Of a DNA stretch of 32,000 nt, positions 5,654 through 14,126 are shown in pieces (the stretch's first letter is position 1; every line of letters starts with the position of its first letter). The notes under the pieces are model-generated. The model was not told the origin of the DNA. It saw nothing but the letters and a program-made list of their open reading frames with translations, and did not search any database. The DNA is taken from contig CP060262.1 of NCBI GenBank assembly GCA_022646745.1, positions 960,001-992,000 on the forward strand. The letters are read 5' to 3'. This stretch comes from Planctomycetales bacterium. GTDB taxonomy: Bacteria; 4484-113; JAFGCY01. The translations under genes and the position numbers were made by a program.

Positions 5654-6240
5654 GCCTCGCCGCCGCTGGCAACCTTGTCACCGATCTGCACGCCGGGGAT
5701 CTGGCCCCCTTCCTTATGCCCGTTGGGTTCGGCCGTGGGCTCCTTCAGCGTCGGCACCAGGCCCTCGGGGATCTCGTTGATCAGGTCCTCCAGCCGGCGG
5801 AAGGTCTCGCGCAGGGCCAGCTGGCGGCGCTGGGCTTCGGCCTTGTCATTCTCGACCACCACCGGGTCGAGCCCCTCCATGTCAACCAGTTCCTCACCCA
5901 TGATCCGCTGGCGGCGGCGGCGCGACAGCTGCTCGGCATACTTGGCATTGATCGGCGGCAGCGCGCGGTACAGCCCGAGCGCAGTGCGGAACAGCTTCAT
6001 CGCCGCCTCGCGCTGGAAGATCTTCTTGCCCTCGCCCCAGTGGCCGCTGCACTCGCCGAGCATCTTCTCCAGGTTGGCACCGATGTTGGCAAGCATCTTG
6101 TAGTTCTCGTTGGTCTGGTGGATCCAGTAATGCGTGGTCTCCAGTTCGAAGATCAGGCGGTTGCTGGCATCCAGCAGCTCGAGCACTATCAGCCTGTCCT
6201 GCTGCAGCAGGTTGCGGATTTCAAGCGAAGGGTCTGACAT
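5587..6240 (-). CDS. Hypothetical protein with an alpha-helical N-terminal half and a low-complexity acidic/Pro-rich tail
   Basis: 217-aa ORF located 35 nt downstream of wecB on the same strand. The composition is coding-like and I recognised no family motif. Confidence 0.65.
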   Translation of the reverse strand: MSDPSLEIRNLLQQDRLIVLELLDASNRLIFELETTHYWIHQTNENYKMLANIGANLEKMLGECSGHWGEGKKIFQREAAMKLFRTALGLYRALPPINAKYAEQLSRRRRQRIMGEELVDMEGLDPVVVENDKAEAQRRQLALRETFRRLEDLINEIPEGLVPTLKEPTAEPNGHKEGGQIPGVQIGDKVASGGEAQAPASSESAPPEPDSTGSSPF

Positions 6241-6275
6241 ATCTGAAGCTTACCACGCCCCCTGCCCCCCGGCAA

Positions 6276-7403
6276 TCATCCCAGGCCGGCCCTGAGCAGC
6301 AGGCCGCGCACGGCCTCGAGGATGCGTTCGCTGGCGCGGCCGTCACCGAAGGGGCTCGGTGCATGCGGGTGGTCGCCACGCAGCAGGCGCGGCAGTTCCT
6401 CGCGGGCGGCATTGCGGATCTCGGAGGCGGCGGTGCCGACCACGCGGGTGTAGCCGGCGGCGACCGCCTCAGGCCGTTCGGTCTCGCGGCGCAGCACGAG
6501 CGCGAAGCGGCCGAGCATCGTGATCTCCTCCTGGATGCCGCCGCTGTCCGTCAGGATCAGGTCGCTGACCCGCATCAGGTTGACAAAGGCATCGAAGCGC
6601 GGCGGGTCAGTCAGCAGCACGCGTCCATGCCCGCCGAGGTGGCTGCGGATCTGGTTGCGCAGCTGCGGGTTGGGATGCCAGCAGAAGCAGGCCATCGCCG
6701 TCGGATGGTCGGAGAGGATGCCTTTGATGCCCTCGCAGATCGAGTCCATGTTGCTGCCCCAGTTCTCCCGGCGGTGGCTGGTGACGAGCAGCTTCGGCCC
6801 GACATGCCGCGTGTAGTCCTGCAGCTCATCCGGGAAGCGGTAGTCATCGCGCGCCGCGACGCGCACCGCATCGAGCGCGGTATTGCCGGTGACGTGCACC
6901 TCGCCGCCGAACACGCCGCGGTTGGCAAGGTTGGCAGCGGCCTCACTGGTCGGGCAGTAGTACTGCGCCGCCAGCATGTCAACGGCGCGGCGGTTGAACT
7001 CCTCGGGGAATGGTTCCTGGATGGTGCTGGTGCGCAGCCCGGCCTCCACATGCCCGACCGGGATGCGGCGATGGAAGGCGGCGAGCGCGGCGGCGAAGCT
7101 CGTCGTGGTGTCGCCGTGCACCAGCACGAGGTCCGGCTGCAGGCGGTCCAGCGCGGCCCCGACACCGTTCAGCACCCCGGCTGTGATGTAGTCGAGGCTC
7201 TGCTCCTCCTGCATCAGGTTCAGGTCGACGGCCGGTGTGAGCTGGAACAGCTCCAGCACGTCGTCAAGCAGGCCGCGGTGCTGGGCGGTGACGATCAGCT
7301 CGAAGTCGATGTCCGGGTCGTCAATCAGGAGCCTGACGACGGGCGCCATCTTGATCGCCTCCGGGCGCGTGCCGAAGATGCTGGCAACCAGCGGTCGTTT
7401 CAT
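6276..7403 (-). CDS. wecB: UDP-N-acetylglucosamine 2-epimerase (non-hydrolysing)
   Basis: The N-terminus IFGTRPEAIKMAPV, then HGDTTT, and the ~375-aa length are typical of WecB/MnaA. There is a 4-nt start/stop overlap with the upstream gene. Confidence 0.9.
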   Translation of the reverse strand: MKRPLVASIFGTRPEAIKMAPVVRLLIDDPDIDFELIVTAQHRGLLDDVLELFQLTPAVDLNLMQEEQSLDYITAGVLNGVGAALDRLQPDLVLVHGDTTTSFAAALAAFHRRIPVGHVEAGLRTSTIQEPFPEEFNRRAVDMLAAQYYCPTSEAAANLANRGVFGGEVHVTGNTALDAVRVAARDDYRFPDELQDYTRHVGPKLLVTSHRRENWGSNMDSICEGIKGILSDHPTAMACFCWHPNPQLRNQIRSHLGGHGRVLLTDPPRFDAFVNLMRVSDLILTDSGGIQEEITMLGRFALVLRRETERPEAVAAGYTRVVGTAASEIRNAAREELPRLLRGDHPHAPSPFGDGRASERILEAVRGLLLRAGLG

Positions 7404-8452
7404 GCCCTCGTCCCCACGAGCACCGCGATCAGTGCAAAGACCGCGGCGAATCCGTAAAGTGACAACACGGTGTTGCGGTGCGCGCGGCTGCGCAGCAGTT
7501 CGTCTCGCAGAGCGCCGTACTCTGCCTCCGGCATGGTGGCACGGTAGTCACGGCTCAGGCGGGCCAGCAGGCGGTGGTGGATATGCTTGTCGTCCGCCTG
7601 GGTGATCGGCCGCCTGGCCAGCAGGCGCCGCCCGATGGCGAACAGGGTGTCGCCGATCGGCAGGACGAGGATCAGCACCGGCAGCACGAAGCTGATCAGT
7701 GCGGCCTGCTTGTAGAGGCCGACGAGGCTGATCACCGCCAGCATGTAGCCGAGCGAGAAGGCCCCGCCGTCGCCGATGAAGATCTTCGCCGGGTGGAAGT
7801 TCCAGGGCATGAAGCCGATGATCGCACCGGCCAGCACCAGGCAGAGCGCGAGGCTGAGGATGGCGTTGGGCAGGTCCGGGCGGAACATCGCGATCATCAT
7901 GAAGGCCAGCGTGCAGATCAGCCCGATGCCGCTGGACAGGCCGTCGAGGCCGTCAATCCAGTTGAATGTGTTCACCACGCCGACGATCCACAGCACGGAG
8001 ACAAGGATCGAGAGCCACTCCGGCAGCACGTAACTGCCGAACACGGAGCCGATGCGCAGGCCGACCGCGCCGCCCTGCAGCACCACGAAGCTGGCCACCA
8101 CGAGCTGCATCAGCAGGCGCCACAGGGCCGGGATGCTTTTGAGGTCATCAAAGAAGCCGATGAAAAAGAAGCCGCACAGCCCGGCGTATATCAATGGAAT
8201 CATCCGGGCCTGGCTGGCGCTGAGCTGGATCAGCTCGCCCCAGACGCCGAAAGTGGTGAGGGTCATGCCGACGGAAACGGCGGTGAAGATCGCCACGCCA
8301 CCCAGCCGCGGGGTGCCGGAAGTATGCACCTTGCGCTCGCCGGGCATGTCCAGCAGGTCGTAACTGCGGCACAGGCGCACCACCAGCGGAGTGATCAGGG
8401 CGCTGAGTACCATCGATATGATGAGCAGACCGGCGAATACCGCTGTGGGCAT
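7400..8452 (-). CDS. wecA: Glycosyltransferase family 4: undecaprenyl-phosphate N-acetylhexosamine-1-phosphate transferase (WecA/TagO/MraY-like)
   Basis: Polytopic 350-aa membrane protein with FFDDL and NTFNWIDGLDGLSSG signatures of the MraY/WecA family. Cotranscribed with wecB. Confidence 0.8.
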   Translation of the reverse strand: MPTAVFAGLLIISMVLSALITPLVVRLCRSYDLLDMPGERKVHTSGTPRLGGVAIFTAVSVGMTLTTFGVWGELIQLSASQARMIPLIYAGLCGFFFIGFFDDLKSIPALWRLLMQLVVASFVVLQGGAVGLRIGSVFGSYVLPEWLSILVSVLWIVGVVNTFNWIDGLDGLSSGIGLICTLAFMMIAMFRPDLPNAILSLALCLVLAGAIIGFMPWNFHPAKIFIGDGGAFSLGYMLAVISLVGLYKQAALISFVLPVLILVLPIGDTLFAIGRRLLARRPITQADDKHIHHRLLARLSRDYRATMPEAEYGALRDELLRSRAHRNTVLSLYGFAAVFALIAVLVGTRA

Positions 8453-8494
8453 GCGCGCCTATCCTAACACCTGCGGCGGTTACAATAACGCGCT

Positions 8495-10321
8495 GTGGAG
8501 CTGTCCGGGTATTTCAGCAGGTTCAGGTTCTTTCGGCAGCTGGGTGCGCTGCTGGGCAACCGCAACATCAAGCTGTCGGACAACTTCTACCTCAACCTGC
8601 TGGCCGTGATCACCGGGATCCTGGTCGGCCTGCTGGTCTATGCCTGGAGCTGGATGCTGGAGGCCGGAAACGGCTTCCTGCGCGGGGACGGGGACTATCC
8701 GCAGTGGCCACTGATTGCAGACCACCACTGGCTGGTGCTGCTCTTCCCGCCGATCGGCGGACTGCTGGTGGGCATCCTGTTTCGCCACTGGGGCAGGCAC
8801 CGCCGCTTCCGCGGGGTGAGCGCCGTGATCGAGAGCGTGGCGCGCCGCGGCGGCCGCCTGAGCCTGCGCAAGAACGGCGTTGAATTCGTGGGCAGCACCA
8901 TCGGCATCATCAGCGGACTGTCCGTCGGGCCGGAGGGCCCGATCGTGTCCGCCGGGTCCACCATCGGCTCAAATGTGTCGCGCTTCTTCGGACTGAGTGC
9001 GGCGCGTACCCGCGTGCTGCTGGCCAGCGGTGCCGCCGCCGGCATCAGTGCCGTGTTCAATGCGCCGATCGCCGGCTTCTTCTTCGCGCTTGAGCTGATC
9101 CTCGGCGACTTTTCAAAGAAGGCCGTGGCCGCCATCGTGCTGGCCAGTGTGAGTGCCAATGTGACGATGCTCGGACTGATGGGCGAGCGCCGCATCTACG
9201 AAGTGGAAGCCTACGGCAAGGTGCCGCTCGCGGAGATGTGGGTGTTCATCGTGCTCGGCCTGGTCTGCGGCCTGGTGGCGGTGGGATTCGCCGAATGCCT
9301 GCACTTCCTCGAGAACCGTTTCAATAACTGGCGCATCCTGCCACCGGTCAAGCCGATGGTAGGGGGCGTGCTTGTTTCGCTGTCAGCGCTGTTCTTCCCC
9401 GAGGTGATGGGCACCGGCCACGACACGGTGGAAAGCCTGATCAACGGCACGCCGCTGCCGGACCCGCAGCTGCTGAGTGCGATCAACTGGCTGAGCCCCG
9501 TACCCTACCTGATCCTGCTGTGCCTGTTCAAGGTGATTGCCACCTCCGTCACGCTGGGCAGCGGGGCAGCTGGCGGCAAGTTCGCACCATCACTGTTCAT
9601 GGGGGCCACACTCGGCGGGGCCTTCGGCCTGCTGTTGGCCAGCAGCTCGCTGGTCGGCACTGCTGAGCCGGGCGTGTACGCCATCGTCGGCATGGCGACG
9701 ATCTTCGGCAGCATCGCCCAGGCACCGCTGTCCGTGGTGCTGATGGTATTCGAGATGAGTGGCAACTACACGCTGATCCTGCCGATGCTGATCGCCGGTA
9801 CCCTCAGCCAGGTGATGTTCTATTCGGTCCGCAAGAAGGGAGTGTTCACCCACAAGCTGGCCAAGCTCGGCGTGCAGTTCGGCCGCGGCAAGGACCTGAA
9901 CATACTCGAGGCGATCCCGGTCACGCGCGCGATGCACCGCGGCGTGGAGACGATCGTGAAGGACACGCCACTGGCCGAAGTGCGCGGCATCTTTGAGGAC
10001 AGCCAGCACCACGGCTTCCCGGTGGTTGACACGGACGGGATGCTGTGCGGGATGGTGACGACGAGCGACCTCTCGAGCCATGCCGATGAGGCGGCGGATG
10101 CCAGCGTGTACGCGATCTGCAGCCACAAGCTGTTCTACCTGAAGCATACTGACAACTGCCATACGGCGATCGCGATGCTGGAGGACAACCACATCGGCCG
10201 CATCCCGGTGCTGGACAAGGATGGCAAGCCCTACGGCATCATCACGCGCTCGGACATCATCGGCGCCTACAAGCTGGCGCTGCAGATCCGCCGCGAGGAA
10301 CTCGAGGAAGAGGACGGCTAG
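8495..10321 (+). CDS. ClC-family voltage-gated chloride channel / H+-Cl- exchanger with two C-terminal CBS domains
   Basis: GxEGP motif (GLSVGPEGPIVSAG) and GxFxP motif (GGKFAPSLFMG). About 10 or more hydrophobic helices. CBS pair: HHGFPVVD...GMVTTSDL and GRIPVLD...GIITRSDII. GTG start. Confidence 0.85.
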   Translation: MELSGYFSRFRFFRQLGALLGNRNIKLSDNFYLNLLAVITGILVGLLVYAWSWMLEAGNGFLRGDGDYPQWPLIADHHWLVLLFPPIGGLLVGILFRHWGRHRRFRGVSAVIESVARRGGRLSLRKNGVEFVGSTIGIISGLSVGPEGPIVSAGSTIGSNVSRFFGLSAARTRVLLASGAAAGISAVFNAPIAGFFFALELILGDFSKKAVAAIVLASVSANVTMLGLMGERRIYEVEAYGKVPLAEMWVFIVLGLVCGLVAVGFAECLHFLENRFNNWRILPPVKPMVGGVLVSLSALFFPEVMGTGHDTVESLINGTPLPDPQLLSAINWLSPVPYLILLCLFKVIATSVTLGSGAAGGKFAPSLFMGATLGGAFGLLLASSSLVGTAEPGVYAIVGMATIFGSIAQAPLSVVLMVFEMSGNYTLILPMLIAGTLSQVMFYSVRKKGVFTHKLAKLGVQFGRGKDLNILEAIPVTRAMHRGVETIVKDTPLAEVRGIFEDSQHHGFPVVDTDGMLCGMVTTSDLSSHADEAADASVYAICSHKLFYLKHTDNCHTAIAMLEDNHIGRIPVLDKDGKPYGIITRSDIIGAYKLALQIRREELEEEDG

Positions 10322-10350
10322 CGGGAGCCTGCGGCTCCCTGAGGGTGTAG

Positions 10351-10700
10351 TGGGGATGTTGGAGTGGGGAGGTTGGAGGTCAGTCCCGCGAAGCAGGACT
10401 GGAGGTCAGTCCCACGAAGCAGGACTGGGCAGGGGTGCTGCATCCCGCCGCAGGCAGGATATCAGGCTCCACAGCCTGACCAGAGGTTGCCATGCTCCTG
10501 CTGTTATGAACAGAATAGGAAATTCTGCGGCATATCAGTAGGGCAGGGCTTAGATGCCCTGCCAATGATGACGTTCGGCCATCCTTCCTTTCAACTTTCC
10601 GGTGAAGTGCTTGACGCGCTGGATTCTCCCGGCCGGCTATTCCGACCGGGGGCAGCACATTGAAGTGCTGCCCTACCACCTCCAAACTCCCCACTCCAAC
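10351..10700. repeat. 23-bp inverted repeat (1 mismatch) built from period-7 units, enclosing a ~300-bp hairpin-rich core
   Basis: Left arm GTTGGAGTGGGGAGGTTGGAGGT at 10358-10380. Right arm ACCTCCAAACTCCCCACTCCAAC at 10678-10700. A 26-bp direct repeat occurs twice at 10375-10400 and 10401-10426. Internal 8-bp hairpins lie at 10541-10562 and 10651-10672. Confidence 0.7.
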
Positions 10701-10707
10701 CGCGGAG

Positions 10708-10739
10708 ATAAAAAAAGCCCCCCGCCGTAGCGGGGGGCT
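10708..10739 (-). terminator. Rho-independent terminator of the cohesin/dockerin gene
   Basis: On the - strand: AGCCCCCCGC-UACG-GCGGGGGGCU, a 10-bp stem with a UNCG loop, followed by UUUUUUUAU. It lies 60 nt downstream of the stop at 10800. Confidence 0.85.
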
Positions 10740-10799
10740 CGTTTGCTGATCTGTTCTGCGGGACTGCGGATTGCTCCGCTGCCCGGTTGTCAACCGGCC

Positions 10800-12470
10800 T
10801 TATTCAGGCAGGTTCTCGGCAGCCACGAAGATGTGGTTGCTCTCGTTGGAATCACCGTCCTGGGCGAAGACCTCGGTGTTGGTGAAGTTCGGGTCGAAGG
10901 TCGCCGTACCCGGCGTACTCCAGCCGTTGGTCACCATGAACTCGAAGCCGGCCATCCAGGTAAGGGTGTTGACATCGATGCTGTCACCGCTGGCATCGCT
11001 CATCGTGTTGGAGATGAAGCTGAACTCAGTCATACCGTCGGTGTTGAAGGAGTTCGTGGCGATGATGTAGGCGGTGGCCTCACTGATGCCGTCACCGGTC
11101 ACGGTGGCCCAGTCGGCATCGCCGTCATCCTTGAAGATGAACACGCCGGCCGGGGCGATCTCGATACGGAAGTAGATCTTGTTGGTCTCGGTGCCGTCAG
11201 CAACCGCGGACACGTAGAAGGTGGTATCCACGAAGGATACATCCCAGGTGACCACGCCGGTGGCCTGGTCGATGCTGGTGGCAGCAGCGGCCGGGTTGGC
11301 GGAGATGGTCACGCCGGCGTTGCCGGTGATTTCACCACCACCGTTGTTCGGGGTGTCGTACACGGAGAAAGTGAAGTTCTCGGCAGCCTGGCTCGAGGAA
11401 TTGATGATCCACGGGGTGCCCTGGGAACCGTCACCGCCGCCGCCCGGGGTCGGGGTGTCAAGCTCAATGCTCGGCTTCTCGTTCGGGTCGCCACCAACAG
11501 CATCACTCGGGGTGCCGAGCTCGCTCGTGGCGCTGACGCCGCGCACCCAGTACTCATCGCCGGCACCGGGGGCCGCGACGGTGTAGGTGAAGCGCTTGCG
11601 CTGCAGGTTGGTGCCGGTGGCGGTGTTGAAGGCCACATTCTCAAGCACGGCAACGACATCAGCATCGCCACCGCTCGGCTTGTCAGCGGAGTTGCCAGCG
11701 TAGACGTTGTAGCCGCCGTTGCAGGAGTTGCCGAAGTTCACGCCGATCGGAGTGATGTCCGCCAGGGTGATCAGGCCGTTCTTGTCGCCGTCAACCACGC
11801 TCAGGGAATCCTCGACGGTGGCGCCGGAGGCGTCCTTGTTGAGGTTGATGCCGAGCGGGGTCAGGTCGGAGATGCCGACCTCACCGTTCTGGTCATAGTC
11901 GGCCGGGTTGTTGTACAGCCAGGTCAGGGTGTCGGTGCCATCCCACTCGATGTTCAGCGCGCCGCCGTTCACCGTGGTGTTGACCTTGCTGGTCTCACGG
12001 ATAAGCGGGGTCGGACGCTTGCGGAAGTTCACCGTCGCCAGGGTGCCGTCGCCACTAAAGCCGCTGTGCCAGTCAGGATTGGCAACCAGCTGGCCGCTGT
12101 AGATGGTGCCGCGCTCCTGCTCATGGGTCAGGCTCAGGCGGTCCGCATCGGAGGCGATCAGGTCGGAGTTGGTGACGCCCATCGGGATCACCATGTCCGG
12201 GTTGTAGTTCATGGAGAAGTAGAGAGCCTTCAGGTCCTGTGCACCTTCAACGTTGATGCTCACCTGGTAGTAGTCCTCTCCCTCCTTGGTGGTCGTGGTG
12301 ATGCCTTCCACGGTCGAGCCGTTGAAGAAACTTTCATCCATGACGTTCAGTGAGAAGGCCTCCGCAGTATCCCGCTCGGGGCTGCTGTTGCCAACATTGA
12401 GGGTGCTGCAGGATGCACTCAGGATGAGGGCAAAAGCGAGCACCGTGCCTAACCAGTACCTTTTCAGCAT
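10800..12470 (-). CDS. Secreted/surface protein with a cohesin-like domain, a type-I dockerin pair and Ig/FN3-like domains
   Basis: Signal peptide MLKRYWLGTVLAFALILSASC. The cohesin-like segment runs from QVSINVEGAQDLKALYFSMNYNPD to GDGTLATVNFRK. Dockerin EF-hand pair: DYDQNGEVGISDLTPLGINL and DGDKNGLITLADITPIGVNFG. GAGGTAGG Shine-Dalgarno upstream of the ATG at 12470. Confidence 0.75.
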   Translation of the reverse strand: MLKRYWLGTVLAFALILSASCSTLNVGNSSPERDTAEAFSLNVMDESFFNGSTVEGITTTTKEGEDYYQVSINVEGAQDLKALYFSMNYNPDMVIPMGVTNSDLIASDADRLSLTHEQERGTIYSGQLVANPDWHSGFSGDGTLATVNFRKRPTPLIRETSKVNTTVNGGALNIEWDGTDTLTWLYNNPADYDQNGEVGISDLTPLGINLNKDASGATVEDSLSVVDGDKNGLITLADITPIGVNFGNSCNGGYNVYAGNSADKPSGGDADVVAVLENVAFNTATGTNLQRKRFTYTVAAPGAGDEYWVRGVSATSELGTPSDAVGGDPNEKPSIELDTPTPGGGGDGSQGTPWIINSSSQAAENFTFSVYDTPNNGGGEITGNAGVTISANPAAAATSIDQATGVVTWDVSFVDTTFYVSAVADGTETNKIYFRIEIAPAGVFIFKDDGDADWATVTGDGISEATAYIIATNSFNTDGMTEFSFISNTMSDASGDSIDVNTLTWMAGFEFMVTNGWSTPGTATFDPNFTNTEVFAQDGDSNESNHIFVAAENLPE

Positions 12471-12776
12471 GGTCCTACCTCAGATTTTAAATATCTACGG
12501 GAGCATAATAGTCGCAGGACTCAGCCGGGTCAAGCGCTGGACGCCTTGACCGATTCTGTCCATCCCGTGGAGCACACGGGAAATGGATCTGCTCCATATA
12601 CCCCAAGCTTCCGGTTGCGACCACGGCCGGCTCGCAACCTGAGGCTATTTTAACGGAGATTTTGCCTCTGCATAGGGCTTTTATCAATTCAAGGGTGACA
12701 TGGTGGGACAAAATGGGTCACGATGCGGGCCGCGGATGTCACTTCGGGCATGATCTGATACCAATATTGTTATAAT

Positions 12777-14126
12777 GTGCTGATCGGTACCTCTGCGGAC
12801 AGATTCACCTATTATTCACGCGTCTTCGGCTGCCAGATGAACGTGGCTGACGTGGACGATATCTCCGCCCGGCTCAATGCCTACGGTGGCCGGCGTGTCG
12901 AGACACCCGAGGAAGCCGACCTCGTGATGGTGAACACCTGCATGGTGCGCAAGAAGGCCGAGGACAAGGCGATGAGCTTCTTCGGCGGCCTGAAGCACAC
13001 CATCAATCCGCAGGGGCGACGGCCCTTCATCGTGGCGATGGGCTGCGTGGTGCCCCGCAACCAGAAGAAGATCGCCGATACCTACCCGCATATTGACCTG
13101 CTGGTGAACTACTCCGACCCGGACCTCGTGATGAGCCAGCTGATGGAGCAGTTCGAGCTTTTGGCCTCATCCGCGCTGGATGATGACTTCACTCCGGCGA
13201 TGACCACAAGCATCGGTACGCAGAATTTCGTGACCGCGATCCGCGGCTGCAACCACCGCTGCAGCTTCTGCGTGGTGCCCTGGGCACGTGGCCCGCAGCG
13301 CGACGAACCGATTGAGAAGATCGTCGAGGAAGCCCAGGCGCACGAGGCGCGCGGCGCGCGCGATGTGACGATCCTCGGGCAGAGCATCATGGCCTACGGC
13401 AAGAGCAGCGGGGACGGCAGCCAGCGCTTCATCGAGATGATGGAGGCCGTGCTTGCAAACACCAGCTTCCCCTGGGTGCGCTTCCTGACAAGCCTGGCCT
13501 GCGACATGACGGATGAGATCTGCGAGCGCATCATTGCACACCCACGCATCACACCGCTGCTGCACCTGCCGATCCAGAGTGGCTCTGACAAGGTGCTTGG
13601 CGACATGAAGCGCAAGCATGATGTGGCGACCTACAAACGGATGGTGGCAAAGGCCCGCGAGGTGCGTCCTGACCTGTACCTGACGACGGACATCCTCGTC
13701 GGCTTCCCGACCGAGACCGAGGCGGACTACCGCGAGACCTATGCGCTGATGGAGGAGATCGGCTTCGACGATGCCTTCATGTTCGCCTACAGCGAGCGGC
13801 CCGGCACCCACAGCGCGCGGCACTTCCCGGATGTGCTGAGCCGTGAGGTGAAGATCAGGCGCCTGAGCGAGATCATCGAACTGCAAAGGAAGACCTCCGC
13901 CGAGCGCAGCCTGCGCTACATCGGCGAGCAGCTGGATGTGATCATCGAGTCGGTTAATGAAGACGGGGCAGTGGCACGAACATCTTTCAACAAGCCCGTG
14001 TACATGCCGAAGACAGATAAGGGAGTCGGTGAGTATTCCCGCGCAGTGATCCGCAGTGTCAGGGTCAGCGCATTCACGGGTGAGGAAATTGAAGTAGCGC
14101 ATGAAGCAGTACCGGCCAGAGTTTGA
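12777..14126 (+). CDS. miaB: tRNA-2-methylthio-N6-dimethylallyladenosine synthase (radical SAM methylthiotransferase)
   Basis: N-terminal FGCQMN motif of MiaB, radical-SAM CNHRCSFCVVP (CxxxCxxC), and a C-terminal TRAM-like segment. Length 449 aa. The GTG start at 12777 is the only upstream in-frame start. Confidence 0.88.
   Translation: MLIGTSADRFTYYSRVFGCQMNVADVDDISARLNAYGGRRVETPEEADLVMVNTCMVRKKAEDKAMSFFGGLKHTINPQGRRPFIVAMGCVVPRNQKKIADTYPHIDLLVNYSDPDLVMSQLMEQFELLASSALDDDFTPAMTTSIGTQNFVTAIRGCNHRCSFCVVPWARGPQRDEPIEKIVEEAQAHEARGARDVTILGQSIMAYGKSSGDGSQRFIEMMEAVLANTSFPWVRFLTSLACDMTDEICERIIAHPRITPLLHLPIQSGSDKVLGDMKRKHDVATYKRMVAKAREVRPDLYLTTDILVGFPTETEADYRETYALMEEIGFDDAFMFAYSERPGTHSARHFPDVLSREVKIRRLSEIIELQRKTSAERSLRYIGEQLDVIIESVNEDGAVARTSFNKPVYMPKTDKGVGEYSRAVIRSVRVSAFTGEEIEVAHEAVPARV

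Noticed and set aside
10323-10339. Hairpin GGGAGCC-UGC-GGCUCCC right after the ClC stop codon, considered as an intrinsic terminator
   Set aside because: The 7-bp stem has a 3-nt loop but no following U-tract (it is followed by UGAGGGUG). At most it is a weak pause or stability element.
10506-10601. Collinear short matches between the cores of the 10.4 kb and 15.7 kb elements (ATGAACAG, AATTCTG, ACTTTCCG), considered as evidence of homology
   Set aside because: 7-8-mer matches between segments of about 250 nt and 92 nt are expected by chance at roughly 0.3-1.4 each. That is not enough to claim a shared family without a proper alignment statistic.
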